Positions 21,021 through 32,641 of a stretch of 64,000 nt of DNA are shown piece after piece. How positions within the stretch are numbered: the first letter of the stretch is position 1; each line of letters opens with the position of its first letter. Made by a program: the position numbers and the translations under genes. Under the pieces are notes generated by a model, which worked only from the letters and a program-made list of their open reading frames with translations, was not told where the DNA came from and made no database searches. The stretch covers positions 310,001 to 374,000 of the forward strand of contig UYFQ01000260.1 in the NCBI GenBank assembly GCA_900617105.1. The letters are read 5' to 3'. This DNA comes from Hydrurus foetidus. Taxonomy: Eukaryota.

Positions 21021-23095
21021 CTAGGATGACCCAAGGGCAGCGCTTGGCGCGGCCGGTTCTGGGACAAGGGCGCGCATCACCGCTGCGATCAGGCTTTCCC
21101 GGTGGATCGGCTTGGCGACGTGGTCGTTCATGCCCGCCAGTCGGCAGCGCGCGATCTGCTCGGGCATGACGTCGGCGCTCAGGGCGATGATCGGTGTGGA
21201 CAGCGCCGGGCAGGGCCCGGATGGCGCGGGTGGCGGCCAGACCGTCCATGATGGGCATGTGGACATCCATCAGGATCAGGTCGAAGCCGCCGTCGCGCGC
21301 AGAGGCCACGGCCTGGGCGCCATCTTCGGCGGTGGTGACGACGCAACCGGCCAGGGTCAGCAGCGCGTGGCCCAGTTCCCGGTTCATCGGATGATCGTCA
21401 ACCAGCAGCACGCGAGACGCCCCAGGGATGACCATCTCCAGATTACCGGCGCCGACCGTTTCGGTCGCGTCGACCGGCGTCGCCGGCAGGGTGATCCAGA
21501 ACCGCGATTCTGGTCGGGGACACCTGAACCCCGATCTGGCTGCCCATCTGGTTGATCAGGGCCTTGCTGATCGCCAGGCCCAGACCCGCGCCGCCATAGC
21601 TGCGGCTGATCGAGCTGTCGGCCTGGCTAAAGCGCTGGAAGAGGCGAGACTGCACCTCGACGCGATGCCGATGCCGGTGTCGGCGATCTCGAAGCGTATC
21701 GTTCCGGCTGACGCGTCCAGATCCATGCGCGCCGACACTCGCCGGCGGCCGTGAACTTCACGGCATTGGCCAGCAGGTTCAGCAGCACCTGGCCCAGGCG
21801 CACCTCATCGAGGGCGAAGACCGCAGGCTGCCCCGTTTCGTCGCCGTGGAGGCTGACGGTCAGCCGAAGGCCCTTGGCCTCGCCGCAGGCGCAACGATCG
21901 CCACGGCGTCGCCCAACAGTCGCGCGGGAGAGGCGGGCGCCAGGTTCAGATCCATTCGGCCCGCCTCGACCTTGGCGAAGTCCAGCAGGTCATTGACGAT
22001 CCCGGCCAGCGATCGCCCGGCGCGGCCAACCAGGTCCAGCCGCCGCCGGCTCTCGGCCGAAAGGCCGGGATCGTCGGCGACCAGGCCGGCAAAGCCCAGC
22101 ACGCTGTTGAGCGGGGTGCGGATCTCATGGCTGATCGTCGCCAGGAAGTCGGACTTGGCGGCGTTGGCGGCGATGGCCCGCGCCTGCGCAGCCCGCGCGA
22201 CGGCCTGGCCGCGCAGCAGCAGGGTCTGCAATCGAGCCTGGCGGCTGAGCGCCAGGGCCGCGACCATGCAGACTCCATACAGGACGATATGGAACATCAA
22301 CGCCTGGCGCAGGGGCGGCAGGGCGCTGTCGGGGTCGATGCCGGTCTTGCGGATCACCGCAGGGATCGTGGCCGCCAGGGACGCCGTAACGACCAGGGCC
22401 ACAGCGCGCGGTCCGCCCAGGAACACCGCCAGCAACGCAGGCGCGAACAGCAGGGACTGCAGGAGCGGTTGGGTGGAAAATACGGCAGCGGCGGTCAGCG
22501 CTGCGATCAGGGCCATGGCCGAAGCCTCAAGCGGGCGTAGCCGGAAACCCCGCATCAGGCGGGTGTCGAGCAGGATCAGCACGGTGGGCAGGGCCAGAGC
22601 CATCCCCAGAACATTGGGCATCGTCCAGTCGTTCCAGCCCGTCCAGAAGGCCTGCCCTCGCAGCACGGCGAGCAGGCCGCTGATGCAAACCGAGGATGCC
22701 GCAGTCAGGAGCGCCGAGATCGACACCAGCAGCGTCAGGCTGCGCATGTCGCGCACGCGGCCGGGAAGCCGCAGCATGCGCAAGACCGTAGCGATGGCGG
22801 CGACCTGGAGCGTGTCGAGGCAAGAGACCAGAAGCAGGTGAGGCAGGGGCATGCTGAAGGGCAGCTGGATCAGCACATGCAACAGCAAGGTCAGGCCCAG
22901 CAGCGCCCAGCGATCCGAGCGTGGCAGGGCCAGAAGCCCCGCGACCACGACCGCGTTGGCCGTCCAGAGGGGTAGGCCGCTCGCCGCCTCGGCCAGCAGC
23001 AGGCTGTATGCCATGCAGGCGGTGTAGGCGAGCGAGAGGCCCGTCAGCTTTCGCCAGTTGGCCGGCGCCGTGTGGAGATAAATGCTTTTGGGCAC
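21021..23095 (-). CDS. MASE1-type membrane hybrid histidine kinase/receiver (indels)
   Basis: TM region, [10 protein letters not shown]-box, NAVKF, DTGIG, GAGLGL, receiver ILMDVHMP. Confidence 0.85.
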
Positions 23096-23193
23096 GCTAC
23101 TGTTCTCTGACCGCAGGCCGACCTTACGCAGCACCCCGGATTTTTTGGTTAAGGCGCGATCGCGGCCTGGTGTCGCAACCCGCCGGGCCCGAT

Positions 23194-23299
23194 CTAGAGC
23201 ATTTTCCGATCCGACTGGATCGGTGAAATGCTCTAGTCTTTTGTTTTAACGCATTTTCTGACGACGAACCGGCGTCCACTTCGTCGGAAAATGCTCTAG
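23194..23299. repeat. CIR/BRU-RS/RIME-like element, inverted copy
   Basis: Reverse complement aligns by eye to 12379-12486; CTAGAGCATTT...AAATGCTCTAG arms. Confidence 0.8.
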
Positions 23300-24455
23300 C
23301 CGCCCAGGCCCAAAAGGATGATCGCCGCGAGGAACAGCACCATAGCGATGGCGCAGAAAATCAGCAGCAGAACGGTTCGCCACATCGCCGAGAAAGTCGA
23401 CAGGCCGTAGGCGCCTTTCAGTTGAGCAAACATGTGAGCGGGCGGCGCCATCAAGGCGATCGGGAGCACGAAGCCGCTGAGCCAGGGCACTTGGCCAATC
23501 AGGCTCAGCACCATGCTCAACATCGCCATGAAGGTTAGCGAGTACAGTACAAAGACGCCATGATCATAGAGCGTAAATCCACGCTTCCATAGAAACAGTA
23601 TCGCCATGAACGGTATGGAGAGTGGAACTAATAGAAACGAAAATTTGTAGAGAGTCTGTTGAATTTTGTAGAGGGCGAGGTCGGGGTTCGCCAGCTTCTT
23701 GAGGATCTTCTTGTTTGTCTCTTTGCCGCCGATGACCTGAATCTTGACGTCCTCTTTCGTCACGGCGTCGCGCATCGTGGCTTGCCAACTGCCAGGCGCC
23801 AGACCATCCGGGCGGGGGGCCGCCTTCGCCTCCATTTGCAGCTGTGTCACCCTGTTGCTGGCCTCGGCCAGACCATCGGCCGCCTCGTCGAGATCCTCTG
23901 TGGCCTTGGCCAGCAGCGCTTTTGCGTTCGCGGCTTCTGATGGGCTGGCGGTCGCGACATCCTTCTGAGCCTCGGCGAACTCACCCTTGGCTCGGGCGAT
24001 CGCTTCGTGAGCGGCGGCGACCGATTGGCGCGCCGCCGTCTCGCTGTCGTGGGTGGCGGCCATCTTGAAGGCTTTGTCGCCGCCAAAGCTCAGGATGAAG
24101 AACATCAGAAAGATCGTGAACAGGAACAGGCCCAGCGGCGAAACATACCGCGAGCGCTTGCCTTCGACCCATTCGCGCGTCAGGCGGCCGGGATTGCTCA
24201 CCAGCAGGGGCACGGTGCGCCAGATGCGCCCGTCGAAGTGCATCACCCCGTGCAGCAGTTCCTCGCCCAGATGCAGCAGCGAGCGGTGAACGTGGGTCGG
24301 CTGGCCGCAATGGGCGCAGAAGTTGCCGCTGACGGTTTGGCCGCAATCGGTGCAGGCGCGGAATGAGCCTCGCCCGCCTTGCCCTGCGGCTTTTCCAGGG
24401 CGCTACCCACCAGTCCGCCGGTAACCGCCCCGCCGGCTGCATCCATGTCGATCAT
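23296..24455 (-). CDS. DUF3667 zinc-ribbon membrane protein (indels)
   Basis: CTDCG...FCAHCGQ, HFDGRIWRT, PGRLTREW..GKR.RYVSP. Confidence 0.85.
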
Positions 24456-24544
24456 CAGTCCGCCCTTTGCCCCGCGCCGTCTCTGCCCCGAGCCGGCGCG
24501 ATCGTCAAAAGATTCGCCTCGCCCTGGGGCGCGCGGAGCGGAGT

Positions 24545-25057
24545 TTAGCGGCGCTCGAGCACACGGAAGATGAAAGCATGGTCATCGCCATCGCCGGCCT
24601 GGTGCGTTTCGCGGCGGACCTCGGTCCAGGCGGCCTCGTCGAACGCGGGGAAGGTCACGTCGCCGTCCACCGTGGCGTCGACTTCGGTGATGTAGAGCCG
24701 CTTGGCCTTGGGCAGGGCCATTTCGAACAGCGCCCGGCCGCCGATCACGCAGACCTCGTCGACGCCGTCGTCCTGCGCCTGTTCGCGGGCCATCTGCACG
24801 GCTTCCATGAAGCTCTCGCAGACCACGGCCTTCTCCGACTCGAAGCTGCCGTCGCGCGTCAGCACAATGTTCATGCGGCCGGGCAGGGGCTTCTTGGGCA
24901 GGCTGTCCCAGGTCTTGCGGCCCATGATGATCGGCTTGCCAAGGGTGTTGGCCTTGAACAGGGCCAGGTCTGACTTCAACCGCCAGGGCAGGTCGCCATC
25001 GCGACCGATGACGCCGTTGGCGGCGCGCGCCACCACGATGGAGAGGAGTGGGATCAT
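24545..25057 (-). CDS. folA: Dihydrofolate reductase
   Basis: GVIG..GDLPW, IMGRKTWDSL, PLPGR, VIGG. Confidence 0.97.
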   Translation of the reverse strand: MIPLLSIVVARAANGVIGRDGDLPWRLKSDLALFKANTLGKPIIMGRKTWDSLPKKPLPGRMNIVLTRDGSFESEKAVVCESFMEAVQMAREQAQDDGVDEVCVIGGRALFEMALPKAKRLYITEVDATVDGDVTFPAFDEAAWTEVRRETHQAGDGDDHAFIFRVLERR

Positions 25058-25151
25058 GACCCCCTGCTTAGCCCCGGCCCATCACTGACGCCAGCCAAGA
25101 GACCTTGCCAGTTATCTGAACGTCGTTAACTTGCGAGCGGGGAGAACCAGC

Positions 25152-26173
25152 ATGACCACATCGGCCTTCGAGATGCACATGGCCCGCACCGGCGGTGTCG
25201 AGGTTCTGCAGGGACGCTCCGTCGTGCTGGATCCGCCTGGCCCGGGCGAGGCGCGGGTGGCGATCGAGGCGGCGGGCGTCGCCTTTGCCGACATCGTCAT
25301 GCGCACCGGGCTCTATCCTGGGGTCAAGGCGCCGGTCACGCCGGGCTATGATCTGGTCGGCCGGATCGAGGCGCTGGGACCGGGGGTCGAAGACCTTGCG
25401 GTAGGTCAGCGCGTGGCCGGCCTGACCGTGACGGGCTCCTATGCCGATCGCCGCAATGTCCAGGTCCGCCATCTGGTCGCCGCGCCCGAGGGCGTGGCCG
25501 CCGAGGCCCTGGTGGCCGGGGTGCTGAACGGCCTGACGGCCTGGCAGATGTTCAACCGCGTCGCCTCCGCCCAGGCGGGTGAGTGGGTTCTGGTGCACGG
25601 CGCCGCAGGCGGCGTCGGCGGCCTGCTGCTGGATCTGGCCCGTCTGGCGGGCGTGCGGGCGATCGGCACGGCCTCGGCAGGCAAGCGCGCCGTGGTCGAG
25701 GCCAAGGGCGGGGTCTATGTCGACTATCGCCGGGAGCCCGTCGCCGAGCGAGCCCGCGCCGTCTCAGGCGGGGGCGTGGTCGCGGCCTTTGACCATGTCG
25801 GCGGCCCGCACCTGAAGACGGCCTCGATCGCCGCCCTGCGCGACGGCGGTACGGCCGTGCTCTATGGCGGCTACGACGCCACCAAGGGCGGCAAGATGCG
25901 GCCTGCGGCGATGATCCGCATGCTGCTGGCCGATCGATTGTCGGCGCTGAAGCTGTTCACGGCCAGCCAGGGTGTGGTCGGCTACAACGTCACCTCCTGG
26001 CGTGACGCGCGTCCGGACGCCTATCGGCAGGATCTGGCGGCGGTGATGGCCCTGATCGGCGACGGGCGCTTGAAGCCCGAGATCGGCCGGACCTTCCCGC
26101 TGACCGAGGCGGCCAGGCCCAGGAGCTGCTGCAGTCGGCCGGGGTGGCGGGAAAGATCGTGCTGAAGCCTTAG
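25152..26173 (+). CDS. Medium-chain dehydrogenase/quinone oxidoreductase (indel near 3' end)
   Basis: GVAFAD, TPGYD, VLVHGAAGGVG, GKIVL. Confidence 0.88.
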
Positions 26174-26194
26174 TGCAGAGCGAAGCTGTAGAAA

Positions 26195-26904
26195 TTACAA
26201 GGTGGGTGCATTCGCTCTCACGGGTAATTGATTTAAACTATGTAATTTTGCGCGGTCTATAAGTCGCAATATTCTATCAATAAATCCACAGATGCTAAGT
26301 GCATCCTCGCGGCTAAATGTATCAACGATTGTGTGGTGTGTCTCGTTTCTCAATGCCAACATTAAGCCTCGTATTATGCTTGCGTAGCCCTCTTGCTCGG
26401 AATTGTTGTTTGAAAATACGATCTTTGAGATTTTGGGTCAGTCTTAATGGTCGCGAAGTTAGGCGACGCCATAAAGGCTCTTTTCAGAGCCAGTTTTTCT
26501 AATTCTATCTTCTAGAACAAGAGTCGCTTGATTTATTACACGATCAAAATGGGATGATGCAGTTAGCAAGTCTCCGCAACGTTCCCTTAGTTCTGTGTCT
26601 TTTATCGCGTTGTATAGGAGCCAATTTCTATGGTGATATCAACTATATTGTAGCCATATTCCAAAATTCCGACTACTTGTGAGGCTCGTGATCTAACTTG
26701 TTCGGAGTTGCAATATCTATTGCCAGACCCGCCGCTCAGCTGTGAATTTCCAGGAAATGCGATGTCATCATCAATAAGAGCTTGGATTTTCTTCAAAATT
26801 GCTACGTGATCGTCTATAGGAACGTCTGGATATTGCCAGGCAGCAGTGTTTTGAATGAAAGCCTTTAACCGCACTTCCTGAGTTCTTGAATTTTTGTCGG
26901 TCAA
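26195..26904 (-). CDS. AT-rich TIGR02391/Ymh-like HEPN-fold protein (indels)
   Basis: Stitched: ...[31 protein letters not shown]...[23 protein letters not shown]...[16 protein letters not shown]. Confidence 0.75.
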
Positions 26905-27740
26905 ACCGAAACCTCGGCCTTGATGTGCGGGTGGGCCTCATAGCCCTCCAGCGTGAAGTCCGCGTAGTCGAACCCGAACAGGTCGCGCTTGTCGGCGATG
27001 GTCAGGGTGGGGAAGGGGAAGGGCTCGCGGGTCAGTTGTTCGCGGGCCTGATCCAGATGGTTCAGATACAGGTGAGCGTCGCCGAAGGTGTGGACGAACT
27101 CGCCCGGCTCCAGCCCCACCACCTTGGCGACCATCAGGGTCAGCAGGGCGTAGGAGGCGATGTTGAACGGCACGCCCAGGAAAACGTCGGCGCTGCGCTG
27201 ATAGAGCTGGCAGCTCAGCTTGCCGTCGGCGACGAAGAACTGGAACAGGCAGTGGCAGGGCGGCAGGGCCATGTCCTCGACATCGGCCGGGTTCCAGGCT
27301 GACACGATATGGCGGCGGCTGTTGGGATTGGTCTTCAGGCCCTCGATCAGGGTCTGGATCTGGTCGATGGATCCGCCGTCGGGCGTGGCCCACGAGCGCC
27401 ACTGCTTGCCATAGACGGGGCCCAGATCGCCGTTCTCGTCGGCCCACTCATCCCAGATGCGCACCCGTTTTCCTTGAGGTAGGCGATGTTGGTGTCGCCC
27501 TTCAGAAACCACAGCAGCTCGATGAAGATCGGAGCGCAGGTGCAGCTTCTTGGTGGTCAGGACCGGGAAGCCCTTGGACAGGTCAAAGCGGATCTGCCGG
27601 CCAAACACGCCCAGCGTGCCGGTGCCGGTGCGGTCGCCGCGCTGGACGCCATTTTCCAGGATATCGGCGAGCAGGTTCAGATACTGCCGCTCGGGATGGT
27701 CGGCGGCAGCCTTGGGCGGGGCGAGGACGGCGGTGCTCAT
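26901..27740 (-). CDS. thyA: Thymidylate synthase (compensating indels)
   Basis: [36 protein letters not shown]. Confidence 0.97.
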   Translation of the reverse strand: MSTAVLAPPKAAADHPERQYLNLLADILENGVQRGDRTGTGTLGVFGRQIRFDLSKGFPVLTTKKLHLRSDLHRAAVVSEGRHQHRLPQGKRVRIWDEWADENGDLGPVYGKQWRSWATPDGGSIDQIQTLIEGLKTNPNSRRHIVSAWNPADVEDMALPPCHCLFQFFVADGKLSCQLYQRSADVFLGVPFNIASYALLTLMVAKVVGLEPGEFVHTFGDAHLYLNHLDQAREQLTREPFPFPTLTIADKRDLFGFDYADFTLEGYEAHPHIKAEVSV

Positions 27741-27812
27741 GACCCGTAGAGTGGCTGCGAATCGATGGTTTGCACAGTGCGAAGCCTTGGCCTGTCCACA
27801 GGCGGCGCGAAT

Positions 27813-28354
27813 TTACCCGAATCCTCCCTCATCCAGAAACGCCTGTTCCTCGGGTGTCGTCTCGCGGCCCAAGGCGGCGTTGCGGTGGGGGAAGCGGCCG
27901 AAGCGGGCGATGACATCCCGATGCTCCAGCGCCCACCGGATGGTGTTCTCGTCGCCGCTGTCGGCCTGCAGGGCGGCGAACAGCTCGACGCTCAATTCCT
28001 GGTCGGCCAGGGATTCGGAATGCTCTAACGGCAAATAGAACGGCCGCAGCGCGCGTCGACGGCCTGATCGTGACCGTCTGCCAGCGCGCGGGCGAACATG
28101 CGGGCCAGGGGGTCGGTGGCGAAGGCGTGGGCGGTGTTGCGGTAGAGATTGCGCGGAACTGGTCCAGCAGGATCAGGAGGGCCAGAGCGCCTTCGGCTCT
28201 GCGCCCATGTGTCGTAACGGCGTTGGGCGGCTCTATAGTGGGTTTGCTCGAACTTCAGGGCGATCATGGAATCGAACGCCGCGTCCTTGGCGAACCATTT
28301 CCTGGGACCGGCCGAGCGCCAGAAGCCGATAACATCCATGGGGTGGGCGGGCAT
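27813..28354 (-). CDS. DUF924 family protein (indels)
   Basis: WFAKD..FD, DQ-PRN.YR, PLEHSE, RFGRFPHRN. Confidence 0.9.
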
Positions 28355-28458
28355 CTTAAGTCCTGGGATATCCGTTCAAACGCGGTTCATCCGCGACAGC
28401 CGATGTTGCTATCAAGGGACAAAGCCGGGGCCGCGCACAAGGCCCCTTGGAGCACGAA

Positions 28459-29459
28459 ATGAAGCGTCTGATCTCGACCGCCATGGTCTTGTCGCTGCTG
28501 GGCGGCGCGGCGGCGGAAGCCGGGTCTGCTGCGGCGGTGGTCGCCCAGCGCGAACAGCGGAGGATGGCCCGCGTGGTGATCGCGGCGGCGACCGGGGCGG
28601 TGGCCGTCAAGGCGGCGAACGCCAGGGCGGCCAGGAACAGCCAGCTGCGCGGTGATCGTGGCGACCGCGGCGATCGTGGCGACCGTGGTGACCGCGGCGA
28701 TCGCGGCGATCGCGGTGGCGGTCGGCCGACTGGAACGGCGGCGGCGCTCGCCCCGCGCCCCAGGCGCCGACGCCCCCGCAGGCTTCGACCCCGCCGCAGG
28801 CGCAACAGCCGGGTGGCCGGCCAGACTGGAATCGCGGCGACGGTGGCGGACGCCCGGATCGTGGCGGCCAGGACTGGGGTCGCCCGGATCGTGGCAGCGA
28901 GGATCGGGGCCAGGGTCGTGGCGACCAGGGCCGTCCCGATCAGGGGCGCGGCGAACAGGGCCGGCCCGGCGGCGGGGACAATCGCGGCGGCCAGGACTGG
29001 AACCGTGGCGGTCAGGACCGCAACGGCGGCTGGGATCGCGGCCGTGACGACAGAGGCCGTGACGACCGTGGCCGCGATGGCCGTGGCCGTGACGACCGGG
29101 GCGGATATGACCGGGGCGGTTACGACCGTGGCCGGCCGGGGCAGGGCGGGCACTATCGCGACCGCGACAATGGTCGCTCGCACTATGACCAGCGCCGCTA
29201 TCGGCCCAGCTTCCAGGCCTCGCAACGCTACCGGGCCGGCGCCTATCGCGCGCCGCGCGGCTGGTACGTCCATAGCTGGTCGTTCGGCGACTATCTGCCG
29301 GGCGGCTGGTACTCGACCTCGTACTATCTGGACTGGTACCGCTATGGCCTGCCCAGCCCGCCGATCGGCTGCGAATGGGTCCGGGTCGGCGACAACGCCA
29401 TCCTGGTCGACGTCTGGTCCGGCCAAGTGCTGAGCGTCTATTACGACCTGTTCTGGTAG
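28459..29459 (+). CDS. RcnB-family exported protein with long Arg/Gly/Asp low-complexity region (indels)
   Basis: Signal peptide; C-terminal W..GDYLP....YYLDWYRYGLPSPP.GCEWVRVGDNAILVD in a shifted frame. Confidence 0.8.
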
Positions 29460-29479
29460 GTCGCAGGTTCACCAAGAAG

Positions 29480-29511
29480 AAGCCCGGGCCCGATAGGCTT
29501 GGGCTTTTTTT
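29480..29511 (+). terminator. Intrinsic terminator (possibly bidirectional)
   Basis: AAGCCCGGGCC-loop-GGCTTGGGCTT followed by a T tract. Confidence 0.8.
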
Positions 29512-29569
29512 GTTTTCGACGGGGTGGCGGTCGGCCGACCATGGACCTTGCCAGGGTCTGGTCGCAACC

Positions 29570-30001
29570 TCAGCCAGCGGCTAGCAATTGCGTTCTGACG
29601 CCCAGTTCCAGCGCCGCGAGCGCCAGGCGTCTATCCAGGGTCACCAGCAGATGATCCTCCCGGCGGCAGGCGGCGGCGTGCAGCGCGTCGGGCGCGCGAA
29701 GCATCAGGTCGAAGCGCCGGACGAAGACATTGGCCAGGCGCACATCGGAGGCTTGAAGGTCTAGATCATGAGCGCTAGCGGCGCGCCAGGCGTCAAAGTC
29801 GCCTAGCCGACGACTGGCGTCATCCTGATCCAGCAGGCCGGTTCGCACGAGCCGTGACAAGGCCGAGGCGACTTCGGCGGCGGCGAACTCGCTGATGATC
29901 AGGTCATCCTCAAGGTTACCGATGAACGCGTCGACGACCGCGCTGGCGGCCTCCTGAATCAAGGTCGGCAGTATGACGCTGGCGTCGAGATAGACGCTCA
30001 A
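29570..30001 (-). CDS. vapC: VapC PIN-domain toxin
   Basis: YLDASV, EVASAL, RAPDALH, LVTLD. Confidence 0.92.
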   Translation of the reverse strand: MSVYLDASVILPTLIQEAASAVVDAFIGNLEDDLIISEFAAAEVASALSRLVRTGLLDQDDASRRLGDFDAWRAASAHDLDLQASDVRLANVFVRRFDLMLRAPDALHAAACRREDHLLVTLDRRLALAALELGVRTQLLAAG

Positions 30002-30249
30002 GCGTCCGGGTCCTCATAGAGTTGGTTGAGCAGTTCCACCGAGCTCAAGCCGACGGGCTTGCGGGCCTGACGCCGCGCTTGAAGCCAGGCATAGGTCGCC
30101 GATGGTGTTCCGCGCGAGGCGGGGGCCACGGGGCGCAATTCGGCGACGGGCTTTCCATGCCGCGAAATGATCACCTCTTCCCCTTCAAGGGCGCGGTCGA
30201 TCAGTCGCGGAAGGCCACTCTTGGCATCGGCTACGCTGTAGGTGCTCAT
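29998..30249 (-). CDS. Phd/YefM-family antitoxin
   Basis: SVADAKSGLPRLID, GEEVIISRHGKPVA. Confidence 0.9.
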   Translation of the reverse strand: MSTYSVADAKSGLPRLIDRALEGEEVIISRHGKPVAELRPVAPASRGTPSATYAWLQARRQARKPVGLSSVELLNQLYEDPDA

Positions 30250-30263
30250 AGGACCTCCAAGAA

Positions 30264-30281
30264 TGACCATAGTTATAGTCA
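30264..30281. promoter_or_regulatory. Probable antitoxin operator
   Basis: Near-perfect palindrome TGACCATA-GT-TATAGTCA upstream of the antitoxin start. Confidence 0.6.
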
Positions 30282-30555
30282 CAACGCGGCAGGTCGCAAG
30301 GCGCGCGCTTAACCACGGTGCGGCGTGGTCCCATTGGGCGCCTGACGCGGTTCTTGGCCTTCATCCGCGCAGCTCTGGAAATCCTCATCATGGGCAAACA
30401 ACGCCCAACCGGCTAAAACCTCATCGCAGAGGCATTTGCGTCACAACGTTCTGTCGTCGTCGCCTTGACGAAACGGCAAAAAAACGCTCAAACGCCCGGC
30501 CTTTGTCGCTTCGCCGTTGCGCGAGGCGGCCCTGATTGACCAGTCTGGAGAATAA

Positions 30556-31578
<1,023 letters not shown>

Positions 31579-31602
31579 GGTCCCTCTCCAAGGATCGTGT
31601 CA

Positions 31603-31635
31603 GAGCCCTCGGCCGCCCCCGGCCGGGGGCTTTTT
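31603..31635 (+). terminator. Intrinsic terminator after ilvC
   Basis: GAGCCCTCGGCCG...CGGCCGGGGGCTTTTT. Confidence 0.8.
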
Positions 31636-31672
31636 CATTTCGGGCTTGCGGATTGGCCATCGACACCTAATA

Positions 31673-32038
31673 ATGAACCACATGGTTCAGTATAATGCCG
31701 CCCGCCTTGACGCTGCCTTCGCCGCGCTTTCGGACGCCACCCGTCGTGGCGTTCTGGAGCAGCTTGGGCGCGGCGAAGCTTCGATCACCGATCTCGCCGA
31801 GCGGTTCGACATGACCCTCACCGGCATGAAGAAGCACGTCAGCCTGCTGGAGCAGGTGGGTCTGGTGGAGACGGAGAAGATCGGCCGCGTGCGGACCTGC
31901 CGGCTGGGTCTGGGCGGGCTGGAGGACGAGGCGGCGTGGATCGAGCGATACCGCCGACGCTGGGCGCTTCGCTTCGACGCGCTGGACGAGATCGTCGAGG
32001 ACTTGAAACAGAAGGAGGACGTGGATGGACGTCAATAG
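31673..32038 (+). CDS. ArsR/SmtB-family regulator
   Basis: FAALSDATRR, KHVSLLE..GLV, K.GRVR. Confidence 0.9.
   Translation: MNHMVQYNAARLDAAFAALSDATRRGVLEQLGRGEASITDLAERFDMTLTGMKKHVSLLEQVGLVETEKIGRVRTCRLGLGGLEDEAAWIERYRRRWALRFDALDEIVEDLKQKEDVDGRQ
31674..31689. promoter_or_regulatory. Probable ArsR autoregulatory operator over the start codon
   Basis: Inverted repeat TGAACCA-CA-TGGTTCA. Confidence 0.65.
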
Positions 32039-32528
32039 CGGCGCTCCCCAGAGGCGCCACACGGCGGTGGAGCGCAAGTCGGACCGGGAGCTGGTCGTCA
32101 CGCGCGTGTTCGACGCCCCGGCGCGCATCGTGTTCGAGGCCTGGAGCCGCCCGGAGCTGTTCCAGCGCTGGTGGGTTCCCAAGTCGCTGGGCGTTCCCCT
32201 GCGGGCCTGCGAGATGGATGTCCGAACCGGGGGCGGGTATCGGCTGGAGTTCGGGCTGGACGCCGCCAATTCCATGGCCTTCTTCGGGCGCTACATCGAG
32301 GTGATCCCGCCCTCGCGCATTGTCTGGACCAACGAGGAAAGCGGCGACGCGGGCGCGGTGACGACCGTCACGTTCGAGGAGCAGGGCGGCAAGACGCTGC
32401 TGGTGCTGTCCGAGCTCTATCCCGACAAGGAAGCCTGCGACGAGGCCCTCCAGGGCTCGGCCGCCGGCCTGCCCGAGCAGTTCGCGCAGCTGGACGTCCT
32501 GCTGGTCGAACTGGGCGCCGGCGTCTGA
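32025..32528 (+). CDS. SRPBCC/AHSA1-like protein
   Basis: TRVFDAP..VFEAW, DVRTGGGYR; typical ArsR partner. Confidence 0.9.
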   Translation: MDVNSGAPQRRHTAVERKSDRELVVTRVFDAPARIVFEAWSRPELFQRWWVPKSLGVPLRACEMDVRTGGGYRLEFGLDAANSMAFFGRYIEVIPPSRIVWTNEESGDAGAVTTVTFEEQGGKTLLVLSELYPDKEACDEALQGSAAGLPEQFAQLDVLLVELGAGV

Positions 32529-32534
32529 CGCGCG

Positions 32535-32567
32535 CGAAGCCCTCGGCCGAGGCCGAGGGCTTCGTTT
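32535..32567 (+). terminator. Hairpin terminator
   Basis: CGAAGCCCTCGGCC-GA-GGCCGAGGGCTTCG followed by TTT. Confidence 0.65.
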
Positions 32568-32641
32568 CCGGCTTGCGCGACGCTTCGGGGCGATGAACAG
32601 TCCGCGCCGGTTCCGCTTGGGAATGACGAAGGAGACGCTCC

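Noticed and set aside
28648..28710. RGD repeats as an integrin-binding adhesin
   Set aside because: RGD arises naturally in an R/G/D low-complexity tract, and nothing indicates surface display or a host association.
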